A stretch of 56,871 bases of DNA from an archaeon (GCA_024653905.1 JANLGZ010000070.1:1-56871); one strand, 5' to 3'. Shown: positions 19,399 through 29,028, counted from the first letter of the stretch. Translations and numbers: made by a program. The notes: generated by a model not told the origin, from the sequence alone.

Positions 19399-20844
19399 AT
19401 GGATCTAAAAGCCAAAATAAGGTCATTAAGCGAGATTGAAAAGAAAACCCTTAAAGTCCTCTCAAATGAGGAAAAGGAAATTTCTGAAATAAGCAAAGAA
19501 TCAGGCATTAATATTGATTCTGCAAGAAGGGCAGTTAACTGGTTAGAACAAAAAGAACTCGCAAAAATAACCCCTGTGAAAACAATCAAAGCAGGTTTAA
19601 CCAAGGAAGGAAAAAATGCTTTAGAAAATGGTCTGCCTGAACAGAGAATGTTAGATGTTCTTTCAGAGGAAGAAGAAACAAGTTTTGATGACACAATACA
19701 AAAGGCAAAATTATCCCAACAGGAATTTAATGTTGCTTTGGGTTTGAACAAAAGAAAAAATTTCGTTATTATTTCTAAAAAAGAAAAACCAATGCTTGAA
19801 TTAACAGGAATAAGCAAGGGTTTTGAAAGTGAAGAAAAAAAAGAACTCGAAAAAATTTCACAAGGCAAAAAAGCAGATTCACAAATAAGCAAAGAATTGG
19901 CTTCACGCGGGTTGGTTGAGGAAAAGGAAGAAATAACCCGAAAAGTTTCAATTACAAAAGAAGGAAGCACTGCACTTAACTCAAAAGAATTCTCAGAAGA
20001 AAGAAGCTACAATATTCATGAAAAAGTCCCTGAATTATTTATTGGAAAAAAACAACCATACATTCAGTTTCTGAATAACATCAGAAAAAAACTGGTTACT
20101 TTGGGTTTCAAAGAAATGCCTGAACGATTAGTTAATCAGGAATTTTACAATTTTGATGTTTTGTTCCAGCCACAGAATCATCCTGCCAGAACATGGACTG
20201 ATACTTATCAGTTAAAAAATCCTAAAATCGGAAAGCTCCCTAATCAGGAAAAAGTAAATGCGATAAAAAATGCGCATGAGCACGGCGGAAAAACAATTTC
20301 AAAAGGATGGGGTTACAGCTGGAATCCGGAAATCGCATCCAAATTAATGCCAACCGCCCATGGAACCGCGGCTGATGCAAGACAGATGATTGAAGGAGTT
20401 GAATTTCCGCGAAAATATTTTGTGATTAATAGGTGCTTCAGGCCTGATGTTTTGGACGCAACTCACTTAATTGAATTTAATCAATTAGATGGTTTTATTG
20501 TTGGGGAAGGATTGAGTTTCAGAAACCTCCTTGGGATTTTGAAAGATTTTGCAGTTGAAATTGCAGGAGCAACAGATGTAAGGTTTTTCCCGGATTATTA
20601 TCCTTTTACAGAACCAAGCGTACAACTATCTGCAAAGCATCCTGATTTAGGGTGGGTTGAATTTGCAGGGGCAGGAATTTTCAGACCAGAAATAACAGAA
20701 TCACTTGGAATCAAAGAACCAGTATTAGCCTGGGGAATGGGTGTTGATAGGCTTGCAATGTTCAAACTCGGAATCAAGGACATAAGGCACTTATTTTCTG
20801 ATGATTTAACTTGGTTAAGAAAATCAAAAATGGTGATTGACTAA
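19399..20844 (+). CDS. pheS: phenylalanine-tRNA ligase alpha subunit
   Basis: NFDVLFQPQNHPAR, FRPDVLDATHLIEF, YYPFTEPS, GAGIFRPE. Confidence 0.97.
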   Translation: MDLKAKIRSLSEIEKKTLKVLSNEEKEISEISKESGINIDSARRAVNWLEQKELAKITPVKTIKAGLTKEGKNALENGLPEQRMLDVLSEEEETSFDDTIQKAKLSQQEFNVALGLNKRKNFVIISKKEKPMLELTGISKGFESEEKKELEKISQGKKADSQISKELASRGLVEEKEEITRKVSITKEGSTALNSKEFSEERSYNIHEKVPELFIGKKQPYIQFLNNIRKKLVTLGFKEMPERLVNQEFYNFDVLFQPQNHPARTWTDTYQLKNPKIGKLPNQEKVNAIKNAHEHGGKTISKGWGYSWNPEIASKLMPTAHGTAADARQMIEGVEFPRKYFVINRCFRPDVLDATHLIEFNQLDGFIVGEGLSFRNLLGILKDFAVEIAGATDVRFFPDYYPFTEPSVQLSAKHPDLGWVEFAGAGIFRPEITESLGIKEPVLAWGMGVDRLAMFKLGIKDIRHLFSDDLTWLRKSKMVID

Positions 20845-21131
20845 TGCATAGAGAACCAACTACTTCTAAAAAGATAAACTATCGTTTGCCACGCACGCTT
20901 CAGGAAACACAAAGGAGACTCGGAATAGTAAATGCTCAAATAACAGAAAGTAATCAGCAAAGAACAGAAGAATATAGACAACTACAAGCCGCAAAGGATG
21001 AACCGGCAAAAACAAGAAAAATACAGCATAAGCTTGAAGTTATTTCCCGCAATATCAAAAGATGGATAGAAATAAAAGAAAATCTTTTAGCACATCTAAA
21101 AAAAGGGTTTCCTAGAGAGGGTGAAAAATAA
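20844..21131 (+). CDS. hypothetical basic coiled-coil protein
   Basis: TAATG overlaps with both neighbours; helical R/Q/K/E-rich sequence. Confidence 0.7.
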   Translation: MHREPTTSKKINYRLPRTLQETQRRLGIVNAQITESNQQRTEEYRQLQAAKDEPAKTRKIQHKLEVISRNIKRWIEIKENLLAHLKKGFPREGEK

Positions 21132-21505
21132 TGCCAACAATTACCCCAAGCAAAATGATAGATGCTTTAAACAACGTAGTCACTTCCTACGAAGAAAACA
21201 TTACTAGGGTCAACATAAAAATGGCGCCTATTCACGAAGAAATGCAAAGGTATAGAGCGAGACTACAACAGCTCAGACGTAAACTCAGACGCAAAGGACT
21301 TGGAGATGAAGGAGAGGAAATTGCGCTGCAGGAAGAACTGAAACAATTCAGAGAAAAACTGGCACAATCCAGAAAAAAATTTATAACACTCAAAAGAGAA
21401 GCAATAGCTCTTGAGAAACAATTCGAAAATGCAAGAATAATTTTACAGCAACACCACACAGCAATGAGGCGAATACAGCCACACAACACAGAGAGGCGAA
21501 AGTAA
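21131..21505 (+). CDS. hypothetical Arg-rich coiled-coil protein with PheT-like N-terminus
   Basis: Coupled to both neighbours; GGGTGA SD-like; starts MPTITPSK versus PheT MPTIETSK. Confidence 0.75.
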   Translation: MPTITPSKMIDALNNVVTSYEENITRVNIKMAPIHEEMQRYRARLQQLRRKLRRKGLGDEGEEIALQEELKQFREKLAQSRKKFITLKREAIALEKQFENARIILQQHHTAMRRIQPHNTERRK

Positions 21506-23152
21506 ATGCCAACAATAGAAACAAGCAAAAAAGATTTAGAAAACCTTATCGGAAAAAAGTTCAGTGCTAAAGAACTTGATGAAGCATTAATGTTCATTAA
21601 AGGAGAAATTGATAAAATTGAAGGAGATGTACTTACAATTGATGTTAAAGAAACCAACAGACCGGATTTATGGAGCGCTGAAGGAATCGCACGCGAAATA
21701 CGGGCAAGGCTTGGCCTGGAAAAAGGAATTCTGAAATATAAAATCGGAAAATCAAATCTTATTGTTTCTATAGAAAAAAGTGTGAAAGAAACAAGACCTT
21801 ATACTGTTGCTGCAGTTGTTAAAGGAATAAAAATAACAGGTGAATTAATCAAACAGTTAGTGCAGTTGCAGGAAAAGGTCGACGGAACCCATGGAAGAAA
21901 AAGAAAAGAATCAGCAACAGGAATTTATGATTATGATAAAATAAAGGGAAATATAAGGTATTACGGCGCGGATCCAAAAAAGAAAAAATTCACCCCCCTT
22001 GAATACAAAGCAGAAATGGATTTGGAGGAAATATTAGAAACACACCCAAAAGGAAAAGAATATGCACATTTATTGAAAGGAAAAAAACTTTACCCTATAT
22101 TTGAGGACTCTGAAGGAAACGTTCTCTCAATGCCTCCTGTGATTAACTCAAATTATTCCGGAAAAGTAACAGAAGCAACAAAAAACTTATTCATAGAAGT
22201 CAGTGGTTTTCAGATTGAAACAATACTCACAGGATTACATGTAATGGTAATGGCTCTTGCGGATAGGGGCGGAAAAATTGAAAGCGTAACTATACTGGAT
22301 TCGAACGGTAAAAAAATTGTCACTCCTGATTTTAGTACAGAGAAAATTATTCTTGACCCTGCTTATGTGAGGAAAATCTCGGATTTGAATTTAACAGATA
22401 AACAAATAATTTTACTTCTGGAAAAAGCAAGGTATAATGTAAAAGCAAAAGGAAAGAAACTTGAGGTTGAATATCCTTCTTACAGGAAAGATATTCTTCA
22501 CCCGATTGATGTAGTGGAAGATATCATTATTGGTTATGGTTACAATAATATTGAACCTAAAAAAATCGAGATGAATGTTACAGGAGAAGAACTTCCGCAA
22601 AGAATTTATCTTGATAAAGCAAGGGATGTTTGTGCAGGATTAGGTTTACAGGAAGTACTTACATTCAATTTAACCTCAAAAGAAAAACAAACCAGCAGAA
22701 TTCTTTCAAAAGAAGATTTGGTGGAAATATCCAATCCAGTTTCCAGCAATTGGGAAGTAATGAGGAAAAAACTTATGCCTGAACTGCTTGACTTTTTATC
22801 AAAAAATAAACACGCTGAATATCCGCAAAGGATTTTTGAAATCGGAACTGTTCTTTCAATTGATGCAAAAAAAGAAGAAGGAGTTGACCAGAGTTATAAT
22901 TTAGGAATAGTTATTTCTGATTCGCGTGCAAATTTTACGCTTGCAAAATCAATACTGAATGCGATCTGCAACAACTTAGGCATTGAGTATTCTCTGAAAG
23001 AAACAAAATTAGGTTTTCTTGAAAACGGAAAATCCGGAGAAATAAAAACACCCAAAGGAAAAGGTTTCATTGGGGAAATACACAAGCAGGTATTGAGTAA
23101 CTTTGGACTGGATACTAAAACAATAGTAATAGAATTAGAGTTAATTCGTTAG
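21506..23152 (+). CDS. pheT: phenylalanine-tRNA ligase beta subunit
   Basis: NRPDLWSAEGIAR, SMPPVINS, YRKDILHPIDVVED. Confidence 0.97.
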   Translation: MPTIETSKKDLENLIGKKFSAKELDEALMFIKGEIDKIEGDVLTIDVKETNRPDLWSAEGIAREIRARLGLEKGILKYKIGKSNLIVSIEKSVKETRPYTVAAVVKGIKITGELIKQLVQLQEKVDGTHGRKRKESATGIYDYDKIKGNIRYYGADPKKKKFTPLEYKAEMDLEEILETHPKGKEYAHLLKGKKLYPIFEDSEGNVLSMPPVINSNYSGKVTEATKNLFIEVSGFQIETILTGLHVMVMALADRGGKIESVTILDSNGKKIVTPDFSTEKIILDPAYVRKISDLNLTDKQIILLLEKARYNVKAKGKKLEVEYPSYRKDILHPIDVVEDIIIGYGYNNIEPKKIEMNVTGEELPQRIYLDKARDVCAGLGLQEVLTFNLTSKEKQTSRILSKEDLVEISNPVSSNWEVMRKKLMPELLDFLSKNKHAEYPQRIFEIGTVLSIDAKKEEGVDQSYNLGIVISDSRANFTLAKSILNAICNNLGIEYSLKETKLGFLENGKSGEIKTPKGKGFIGEIHKQVLSNFGLDTKTIVIELELIR

Positions 23153-24558
23153 AATAAAGTTGTTTGTTTTGCACCGTGTTCTTCTTCAGGTTCTTCTTTT
23201 AACTCAAGTTTTGAATCTATTTCTGAATCTAAATCTGGAATTTGTGTTTCGAGAACCGGCTGATTAAAAAATCTTTTAGGTTTGGCTGATTCTTCTCTAA
23301 TTTCCTGAGCGTCACTTATGATAGTTTTCACTTTTTTTGTATCGGATTTTGTGTTTAACAAAAACGCAACTTCCTTTTCATCCAATTCAAACAAAGCAGT
23401 TAAGCTTACAGCTTTTTCTCTGTTCTGGAAAATCATTTGCAAAAAAGGAAGATCTTTTGAAATAACAGCTCTGGAAGAAGAATGCATCTTAGAACCAATT
23501 TTTTTCCCCATGCTTTTTTTCATGGCTCTTATTCCTGATGTTCGAGAAAGCATTGAAAGCAAACCAGGAAACTGATAGGCAACAAAATCATGAGAAACTT
23601 CTTTCTTTGCAAGGCCAACTCCTTCAGAAGCAAGAGCAGAACTATACCTCAAAAAACCCCAATGTTGCCTGTTAAATATTCTGCCGTTAAAAACATCCGC
23701 TCTTGAAAGGCGATTGAAAGCAAGTGCGATTGTGTCTTTATCTTTATACTGCCTTGGAATGTTTTCTTCCACCCAACGAAAAAGCATATCATTGCTCAAA
23801 TCAGTTTTTGTTCTAGCATTTCTTATTTCAGAAAAATCAGTTCCTTTGAAAATAGCTTTCATAACAGTAAATATTTTTTGCTGTCTATCCCTTGAACCTA
23901 AAGAGTCAACATCTTCCATTGAAATGTTTTTATCCAAAGCGAGAATCTGAATATCAAGCAAAGCAGACCTCATGTCTCCGTTGGCATTTTTTGCAAGTTC
24001 TTTAATTGCTTCCTCATCAAAAGAAATTTTCTCCTCATCAAGAATTTCCCTTAATCTTTTTGCCATTGAAAGATAATTTATTTTTTTAAACTCAAATGCT
24101 TTGCAGATAAATCTTAAAGCAGAAATGTTTTTGTTGGAAAAAATATCATTGGCAGTTAATATTACAGGATTTTTAGCGGTTTTAATTATTGATGCAATTG
24201 CCGCAGCTCCGCCCCTGTCGGTTCTTGTTAAAGCATCAACCTCATCAATCAAAATCATTCTTCTTGAGCCAAAAAAAGAAGCATTTTGAGTAGCCGCGCC
24301 CACAACCCTTTCAATAACATCCTTAGAACGAAGATCAGAATTATTTAATTCAACAACATTCCAATTGAATTGTTTAGCCAATAAATAAGCAAGAGATGTT
24401 TTTCCTGAACCTGTCTGTCCCCATAAAAGTAAAGGAGGCTGGTTTTCGTTATTCTGCCACTTTTTGACCCAATCAACAGAACTTGTAACAATATCAGAAT
24501 TACCTATAAAAGTATCTGTTGTTTTTGGATTAAATTTTTCAGTCCAGAGTTCTGACAT
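23149..24558 (-). CDS. rfcL: replication factor C large subunit
   Basis: WTEKFNP, GQTGSGKT, ELNNSDLR, DEVD; C-terminal KQTTLF PIP-like motif. Confidence 0.95.
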   Translation of the reverse strand: MSELWTEKFNPKTTDTFIGNSDIVTSSVDWVKKWQNNENQPPLLLWGQTGSGKTSLAYLLAKQFNWNVVELNNSDLRSKDVIERVVGAATQNASFFGSRRMILIDEVDALTRTDRGGAAAIASIIKTAKNPVILTANDIFSNKNISALRFICKAFEFKKINYLSMAKRLREILDEEKISFDEEAIKELAKNANGDMRSALLDIQILALDKNISMEDVDSLGSRDRQQKIFTVMKAIFKGTDFSEIRNARTKTDLSNDMLFRWVEENIPRQYKDKDTIALAFNRLSRADVFNGRIFNRQHWGFLRYSSALASEGVGLAKKEVSHDFVAYQFPGLLSMLSRTSGIRAMKKSMGKKIGSKMHSSSRAVISKDLPFLQMIFQNREKAVSLTALFELDEKEVAFLLNTKSDTKKVKTIISDAQEIREESAKPKRFFNQPVLETQIPDLDSEIDSKLELKEEPEEEHGAKQTTLF

Positions 24559-24599
24559 AGAATAAAGAAAAGTAGGAAATGAATATAATAATAAGCAAA

Positions 24600-25718
24600 T
24601 TAACCCTGCAAAAACTGCTGCGGAATACTTGAAGAATATTCCTTTGTAATGCCTTTATTGCCTAGTTTTAGTTGTTTTGAGGAAATGAAATTCTTTTTCT
24701 CCAAATTTGAAAGAGTGTCTCTTAACCTTCGCTCCTTCAAAACAGCATCTTTGTTTTTTGAATAAATTTCGTAAATTTTTCCTGAATTAATGGGTTGATT
24801 TTCAGAGATTATTTTCACCAAAGCCAGTTCATCAGAATTCAGATGCGGAACCCCTTTAATCAGCGAAGCAGCATCAACAGATCCAAAAGCCTGCTGTAAA
24901 TTATCAAGAGAAACCTTTCCAGAATTTTCTCTCTCAGCAATTCTGCCCGCTTTCAATAATGATTCTATTGCAACTCTGCAGTCGCCTCCAAGTTTTGCTG
25001 CATGGGCAGCAGCAACATTAACAACATCCTTGTCATAAGCCCCGCCCAAAAAAGCAAGAGCCGCTCTTTCAGAAAGAATTGCTTTTAACTGTTCAGGAGT
25101 ATAAGGATTAAAAATAATTGTTTGTTCGGCTAATGAACTTTTTATTCGAGAATCAAGTTTTGAAGTTAAAGAAACATCATTGGAAATCATTACAACGCCG
25201 ATACTTTGTTTACCATATTCTACAATTCTAAGTAAATCATAAAGCAGTTTTGAATTTATTTCAGAAATAAGAAGCTGGTCAACCTCATCCAGAATTATTA
25301 TTGGAACGAAACCGCACTTTTTCAATGACTCGAGCATTTTTGTAAAAATTTCATCCGTAGCCAAACCCCTTCGCGGCAGAGCCGCACCTGCAAAATTCGC
25401 AATCGCGTTTAAAATAGCAGCCCTAGAACTAAATTCAAAACAATTCAAATACAAACTTTTTGATCTGTCAAAATTTTCTTCTAATTGTTTTAACACAAAT
25501 TTTGCAGAAACGGTTTTCCCAACACCCGTTGGACCTGCAAGAAAAACATTCAGAGGTTTCTTTCCTTTTAATATCGGATCAAAACAATAAACAAGAGAAT
25601 CTATTTCTTTGTCTCTATAATGAAGTGTATCAGGCAAGTGTTCAGGATAAAGGTAGCGCTCATCTAGAAAAACGCTTTTTTCCTTTGAAGATTGCCTGAA
25701 AAGATTTTTCCTAACCAT
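24600..25718 (-). CDS. cdc6: Orc1/Cdc6 replication initiator
   Basis: L.YRDKEI, GPTGVGKT, ILDEVD, FNPYTPEQL..IL.ER, GDCR, C-terminal winged helix; start set at MVRKNLF. Confidence 0.93.
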   Translation of the reverse strand: MVRKNLFRQSSKEKSVFLDERYLYPEHLPDTLHYRDKEIDSLVYCFDPILKGKKPLNVFLAGPTGVGKTVSAKFVLKQLEENFDRSKSLYLNCFEFSSRAAILNAIANFAGAALPRRGLATDEIFTKMLESLKKCGFVPIIILDEVDQLLISEINSKLLYDLLRIVEYGKQSIGVVMISNDVSLTSKLDSRIKSSLAEQTIIFNPYTPEQLKAILSERAALAFLGGAYDKDVVNVAAAHAAKLGGDCRVAIESLLKAGRIAERENSGKVSLDNLQQAFGSVDAASLIKGVPHLNSDELALVKIISENQPINSGKIYEIYSKNKDAVLKERRLRDTLSNLEKKNFISSKQLKLGNKGITKEYSSSIPQQFLQG

Positions 25719-25772
25719 AAATAAGAATAGAATTAAGTGTATTAAAAACAGTATGCGAACTTCCACAGTAAC

Positions 25773-25940
25773 TAACCAGTACTATCAAGTCTGACTGAAA
25801 GTCAGACGAAGATGGTGTGCCCTACCCTCTAAAGAGGGTTCAGTCCAAAGGACCGAACAACCGCGAGCAAGTCCTAGCGGAGCTGGATGCTCCCCCCCCC
25901 GAGGAGCATGCTCGGGCGCACCGGCAATGTACCCCTTCCA
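25773..25940 (+). ncRNA. candidate structured non-coding RNA or DNA element (family unrecognised)
   Basis: GC-rich island with stacked hairpins (GTCTGAC-TGAAA-GTCAGAC, ACCCTC-TAAA-GAGGGT, GTTCAGTCC-AAA-GGACCGAAC, ATGCTCC/GGAGCAT, GGTGTGCCC/GGGCGCACC); TATA-like TATTAAAA at 25740-25747; boundaries approximate. Confidence 0.55.
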
Positions 25941-26044
25941 AAGTGATTTATAAACCAAAATCACAATTAGTTCGGCTCATTGGGATTATGGATGTTAAGG
26001 GAACTTGACTACTTCTTGCCTCCCCCTTAACTCCCAAATACCCC

Positions 26045-26278
26045 TTCAAAAAAATTCAAAAAAAAGACAAGAGACGTTACGCTGCAGTCATGAGCAAAAT
26101 TGAGGAAATTATTTCAAGCCCTGAAATTGAACACTACAAAAATCTGTCAAACTTGATGAAAGAATTCAAACGGGTTCACATCGACTCATATTTTGTGATG
26201 TTATTCAAATTTGAAAAAAATTCAGAAAAAATAAAATTTGAAGACTTACAGCACCACGACATTATTTACCGAAATTAA
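26045..26278 (+). pseudogene. RelE/YafQ-like addiction-module toxin, N-terminally truncated
   Basis: KKIQKKDKRRYAAVMSKIEEII...HYKNL...KRVHIDS.FV..F...LQHHDIIY; in-frame stop at 26006-26008 and no ATG/GTG/TTG between it and the internal ATG at 26090. Confidence 0.65.
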
Positions 26279-26353
26279 TTCTTCAGCAATCATAATGACT
26301 GAAGAACCAGATTACAATGATTTTTGCCCTAAGATTTATGAAATAACAAAACC

Positions 26354-27190
26354 TTAGTTTCTGGTTCCCATCAAAAGTGAAACCGCAATTCCAGTTATGA
26401 ATGCCACCATTGCATCGGTTGCAAAGTAACCTGTGGAAAGCATTATACTCATTGGAATTTCTGCCCAATATATTCCAAGAGCCATTGAAAGAATTATTCC
26501 GAAAACAGAAGCTATAATGAAATGAGTTATACCTTTCAAATAAGAATGATAAGTTGTCTTAATGAAAATCAATGCACCAACAATAAAAATTCCAAAGAAA
26601 ATCATTCCAACCTCAGGATTAGGAGCACTTATTGTTTTGCTGGAAAAAACACCGAACTGTGCAATAATCACATAACTCAAAACAGCCAATAAAGAACGAT
26701 CGTCCTTCAGAGAATTCATGATGTTTCCAGGCGTAAGAGCCTGAGTAGTATAAGCCATGGGTTGCTGTAATTGAGTCGGGGTAAAATTTGGCGCAGCAGA
26801 TTTCGTTTCTTTAAAAAACTCCTCTCTGGGTTCATCTCTTTTTTTTACCTGTCTATTAAAAGCACCAAATGCAATAACCAATGCGGCAATTGCACCAAGA
26901 ATTCCTATAACTCCAAAAAGAATTATCTGCCCTGTGAAACCTTCAGCAGCAAGTTTTGCACCAAAAGTAGTTAGGAAAAAAAACGCGCTTAAACCAATAA
27001 CAATAAGCAAAAAGAAACGCTTAATCAAGCCAAAAATAAAGGCACTGACCTCGAAAAATAAAATCAAAAGAACAATCAATAAAGCGCCTATTATCAAAAT
27101 AGACAATAAATCCCCCGAAAGCACATTCTTCGGCAACGACTCCGCATAAGTGATTGAAGAACTAATATCAAAGAAAGAAAAATCCACCAT
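26354..27190 (-). CDS. hypothetical multi-pass membrane protein
   Basis: 278 aa; two hydrophobic blocks separated by a polar loop. Confidence 0.75.
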   Translation of the reverse strand: MVDFSFFDISSSITYAESLPKNVLSGDLLSILIIGALLIVLLILFFEVSAFIFGLIKRFFLLIVIGLSAFFFLTTFGAKLAAEGFTGQIILFGVIGILGAIAALVIAFGAFNRQVKKRDEPREEFFKETKSAAPNFTPTQLQQPMAYTTQALTPGNIMNSLKDDRSLLAVLSYVIIAQFGVFSSKTISAPNPEVGMIFFGIFIVGALIFIKTTYHSYLKGITHFIIASVFGIILSMALGIYWAEIPMSIMLSTGYFATDAMVAFITGIAVSLLMGTRN

Positions 27191-27235
27191 GCTAAAACAT
27201 ATGTGATTCTAATATTAAAGTTTTTACTAACCAAA

Positions 27236-27264
27236 ATGAAAGGGTTAAAAAGCCCTAAAGGGCT
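27236..27264 (+). promoter_or_regulatory. BRE/TATA-like promoter followed by palindrome AGCCCT-AA-AGGGCT (candidate operator)
   Basis: GAAAGGGTTAAAAA, then a 14-bp palindrome at 27251-27264, upstream of the two-gene unit that contains the wHTH regulator. Confidence 0.45.
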
Positions 27265-27275
27265 CATATTTAAGT

Positions 27276-27539
27276 ATGGAAGGAAAAAGAGAAAACTCTA
27301 CCTGGGATAATTTCTTTGAGAAAATAGAAGACTATATCGGAAACAGCGTAGAAAGGTTTGTCGCATTCATTTTTTTTATAGTCACAATAGGAAGCGTTAT
27401 GGGGTATTTTGTCGGAACACGCGGAGAATCCGAATTGTTGCTTGTGATAATGCCAATCGCAGGACTATTGGCTTACAATAACAGAGCCTTTGCAATAGCA
27501 GGTTTTGTTCTTTTTCTTATATTAATAATTTTATTATGA
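27276..27539 (+). CDS. small membrane protein
   Basis: 87 aa with about 3 hydrophobic segments. Confidence 0.7.
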   Translation: MEGKRENSTWDNFFEKIEDYIGNSVERFVAFIFFIVTIGSVMGYFVGTRGESELLLVIMPIAGLLAYNNRAFAIAGFVLFLILIILL

Positions 27540-27548
27540 GGCGATATT

Positions 27549-28145
27549 ATGGATGAAGTGTCTCTTACTAATAACGAATTCAAAGCATTATCTTCCAAAA
27601 CAAGAACTAATTTACTGAAAATGCTTCACGAAAGAAATTATACTCTTTCAGAATTAGCATCAAAATCAGGAATGGCAGCACCAACAGTAAAACAACACAC
27701 CACTGTTTTAGTGGAATCTGGTTTAATCGAACTTAAAGATGAAGGAAGAAAATGGAAATATTATGCTTTAACTGGAAAAGGGAAAAAAATTATTGAGTCA
27801 GAACAAAAACACACAAATATCCTCATTATACTTTCATCCACAATTTTTGTTGTATTAATTGGATTTGCTGCAATGTTTTCATTAATCGGAATACAAAATG
27901 TTCCAATAATGGCAGGCACAGAATACAAGCAGACAAGCATTGAACCAATAGAAGCAATGGAAAATACAATGGCAGAAATAACCGCAGGAAGCGGATTAGA
28001 TTCGCAGAAAATTATTCAATGCTTTTCAAAAATCGAAAATATAAGAACCCTAGAAGAAGCATGTGCAGAATTAAATGACCAAGAGAGCTGTGAATCATAT
28101 GATTTGCAAAAAGACGGGTTTAAAGACTGCAAATGGCAACAATAA
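27549..28145 (+). CDS. membrane-tethered ArsR-like winged-helix regulator
   Basis: FKALSSKTR..LLKML....TLSELA...GRKWKYYALT.KG, then one TM and a 4-Cys C-terminal domain. Confidence 0.88.
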   Translation: MDEVSLTNNEFKALSSKTRTNLLKMLHERNYTLSELASKSGMAAPTVKQHTTVLVESGLIELKDEGRKWKYYALTGKGKKIIESEQKHTNILIILSSTIFVVLIGFAAMFSLIGIQNVPIMAGTEYKQTSIEPIEAMENTMAEITAGSGLDSQKIIQCFSKIENIRTLEEACAELNDQESCESYDLQKDGFKDCKWQQ

Positions 28146-28198
28146 AGATATCGGCAATCAACGTAATATTTATAGTAGTTTTATAGCTTAATATTCTA

Positions 28199-28732
28199 AT
28201 GAATTCAAATGGTTTTTTTGGCGCAATAGTGTTACTTCTGGCAATAGAAGCATTACTCCTGATTAACAGCACAGAAAACGAGCTATTCCTCCAACAAGAA
28301 AATATGGAAAACAAAATCTCTGCAATAGAAAAAACAGGGTTTGAAAGAACAGAAGCGGAACTATTTTTGGATAAAGTAATAGAACACCAGTTTGAAACAA
28401 ATGTCTCAAAACCTGTTGTTGCTGAAGAAATAAAATTCAGAATAAATTCAGAAATAATAAAAGCATTCCAAGAACTTGATTTGAAAAACACCGGTATTTG
28501 TAAAGAAAATTTTTCGGGAAAAGAAATCAAAGTCAAAGAATTAAACCTTGAAAACTTAACAACGATTACTTCTCTTTCAGTGATTCCACAAGGAGAATTT
28601 ACAATACTCCAATACACAATCAGCGGAGGAATAAATTATAATCTTTTCCCGTGCGCAGAAATCTCCAATGAAAATTTTTCAAATTATTTCAGAATTCCTA
28701 TTAATTATTCAATAATGCGAGTGATTATATGA
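28199..28732 (+). CDS. pilin-like protein (class III signal peptide-like)
   Basis: MNSNG/FFGAIVLLL hydrophobic N-terminus; first of four overlapping genes. Confidence 0.65.
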   Translation: MNSNGFFGAIVLLLAIEALLLINSTENELFLQQENMENKISAIEKTGFERTEAELFLDKVIEHQFETNVSKPVVAEEIKFRINSEIIKAFQELDLKNTGICKENFSGKEIKVKELNLENLTTITSLSVIPQGEFTILQYTISGGINYNLFPCAEISNENFSNYFRIPINYSIMRVII

Positions 28733-29028
28733 ACTCGACTGAAATAATTCTTGCTATTTTACTTTTGCTTAGTTTTAGCATTTTTATCACAGGAATGGAA
28801 AACAAAATAATAGAAAACACCCACTTATTGAAAAATAAATTTATTGAAAAATCTTCTTTTTCAGAATGCACAGCACTATCAAATATGTATTACGCTCATT
28901 CAGGAGGAAACCTGAATGAAAAATTAAAATGCGCTGAAAGAAACATTATTCCAAGTGAAATACAAATTCTGCAAAATGGAATTATAATAGGAGTTGAAAA
29001 CCATTATGGAAAAAGGCATGATTTTTAG
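28729..29028 (+). CDS. small pilin-like membrane-anchored protein
   Basis: MNSTEIILAILLLL N-terminal helix; ATGA overlap. Confidence 0.6.
   Translation: MNSTEIILAILLLLSFSIFITGMENKIIENTHLLKNKFIEKSSFSECTALSNMYYAHSGGNLNEKLKCAERNIIPSEIQILQNGIIIGVENHYGKRHDF

Noticed and set aside
19308..19970. 220-aa antisense ORF and the many other 60-165 aa opposite-strand ORFs in the track
   Set aside because: They overlap well-supported genes and show the Ser/Phe/Ile-rich composition typical of antisense shadows.
25755..25950. ORB boxes next to cdc6
   Set aside because: TTCCACAGTAAC and TTCCAAAGTGAT only weakly resemble the ORB consensus, and no repeated well-formed copies are visible.
25750..25980. Assignment of the structured element as RNase P, SRP, 5S rRNA or hammerhead ribozyme
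   Set aside because: Only fragments match (GACCGAAC/GTTCGGC, GAGCAA, GATAGTACTG); complete conserved cores and spacing are absent.
25817..26008. 63-aa ORF MPYPLKRVQ...
   Set aside because: Coincides with the hairpin-dense GC-rich element and has atypical composition and no recognisable motif; likely a shadow ORF.
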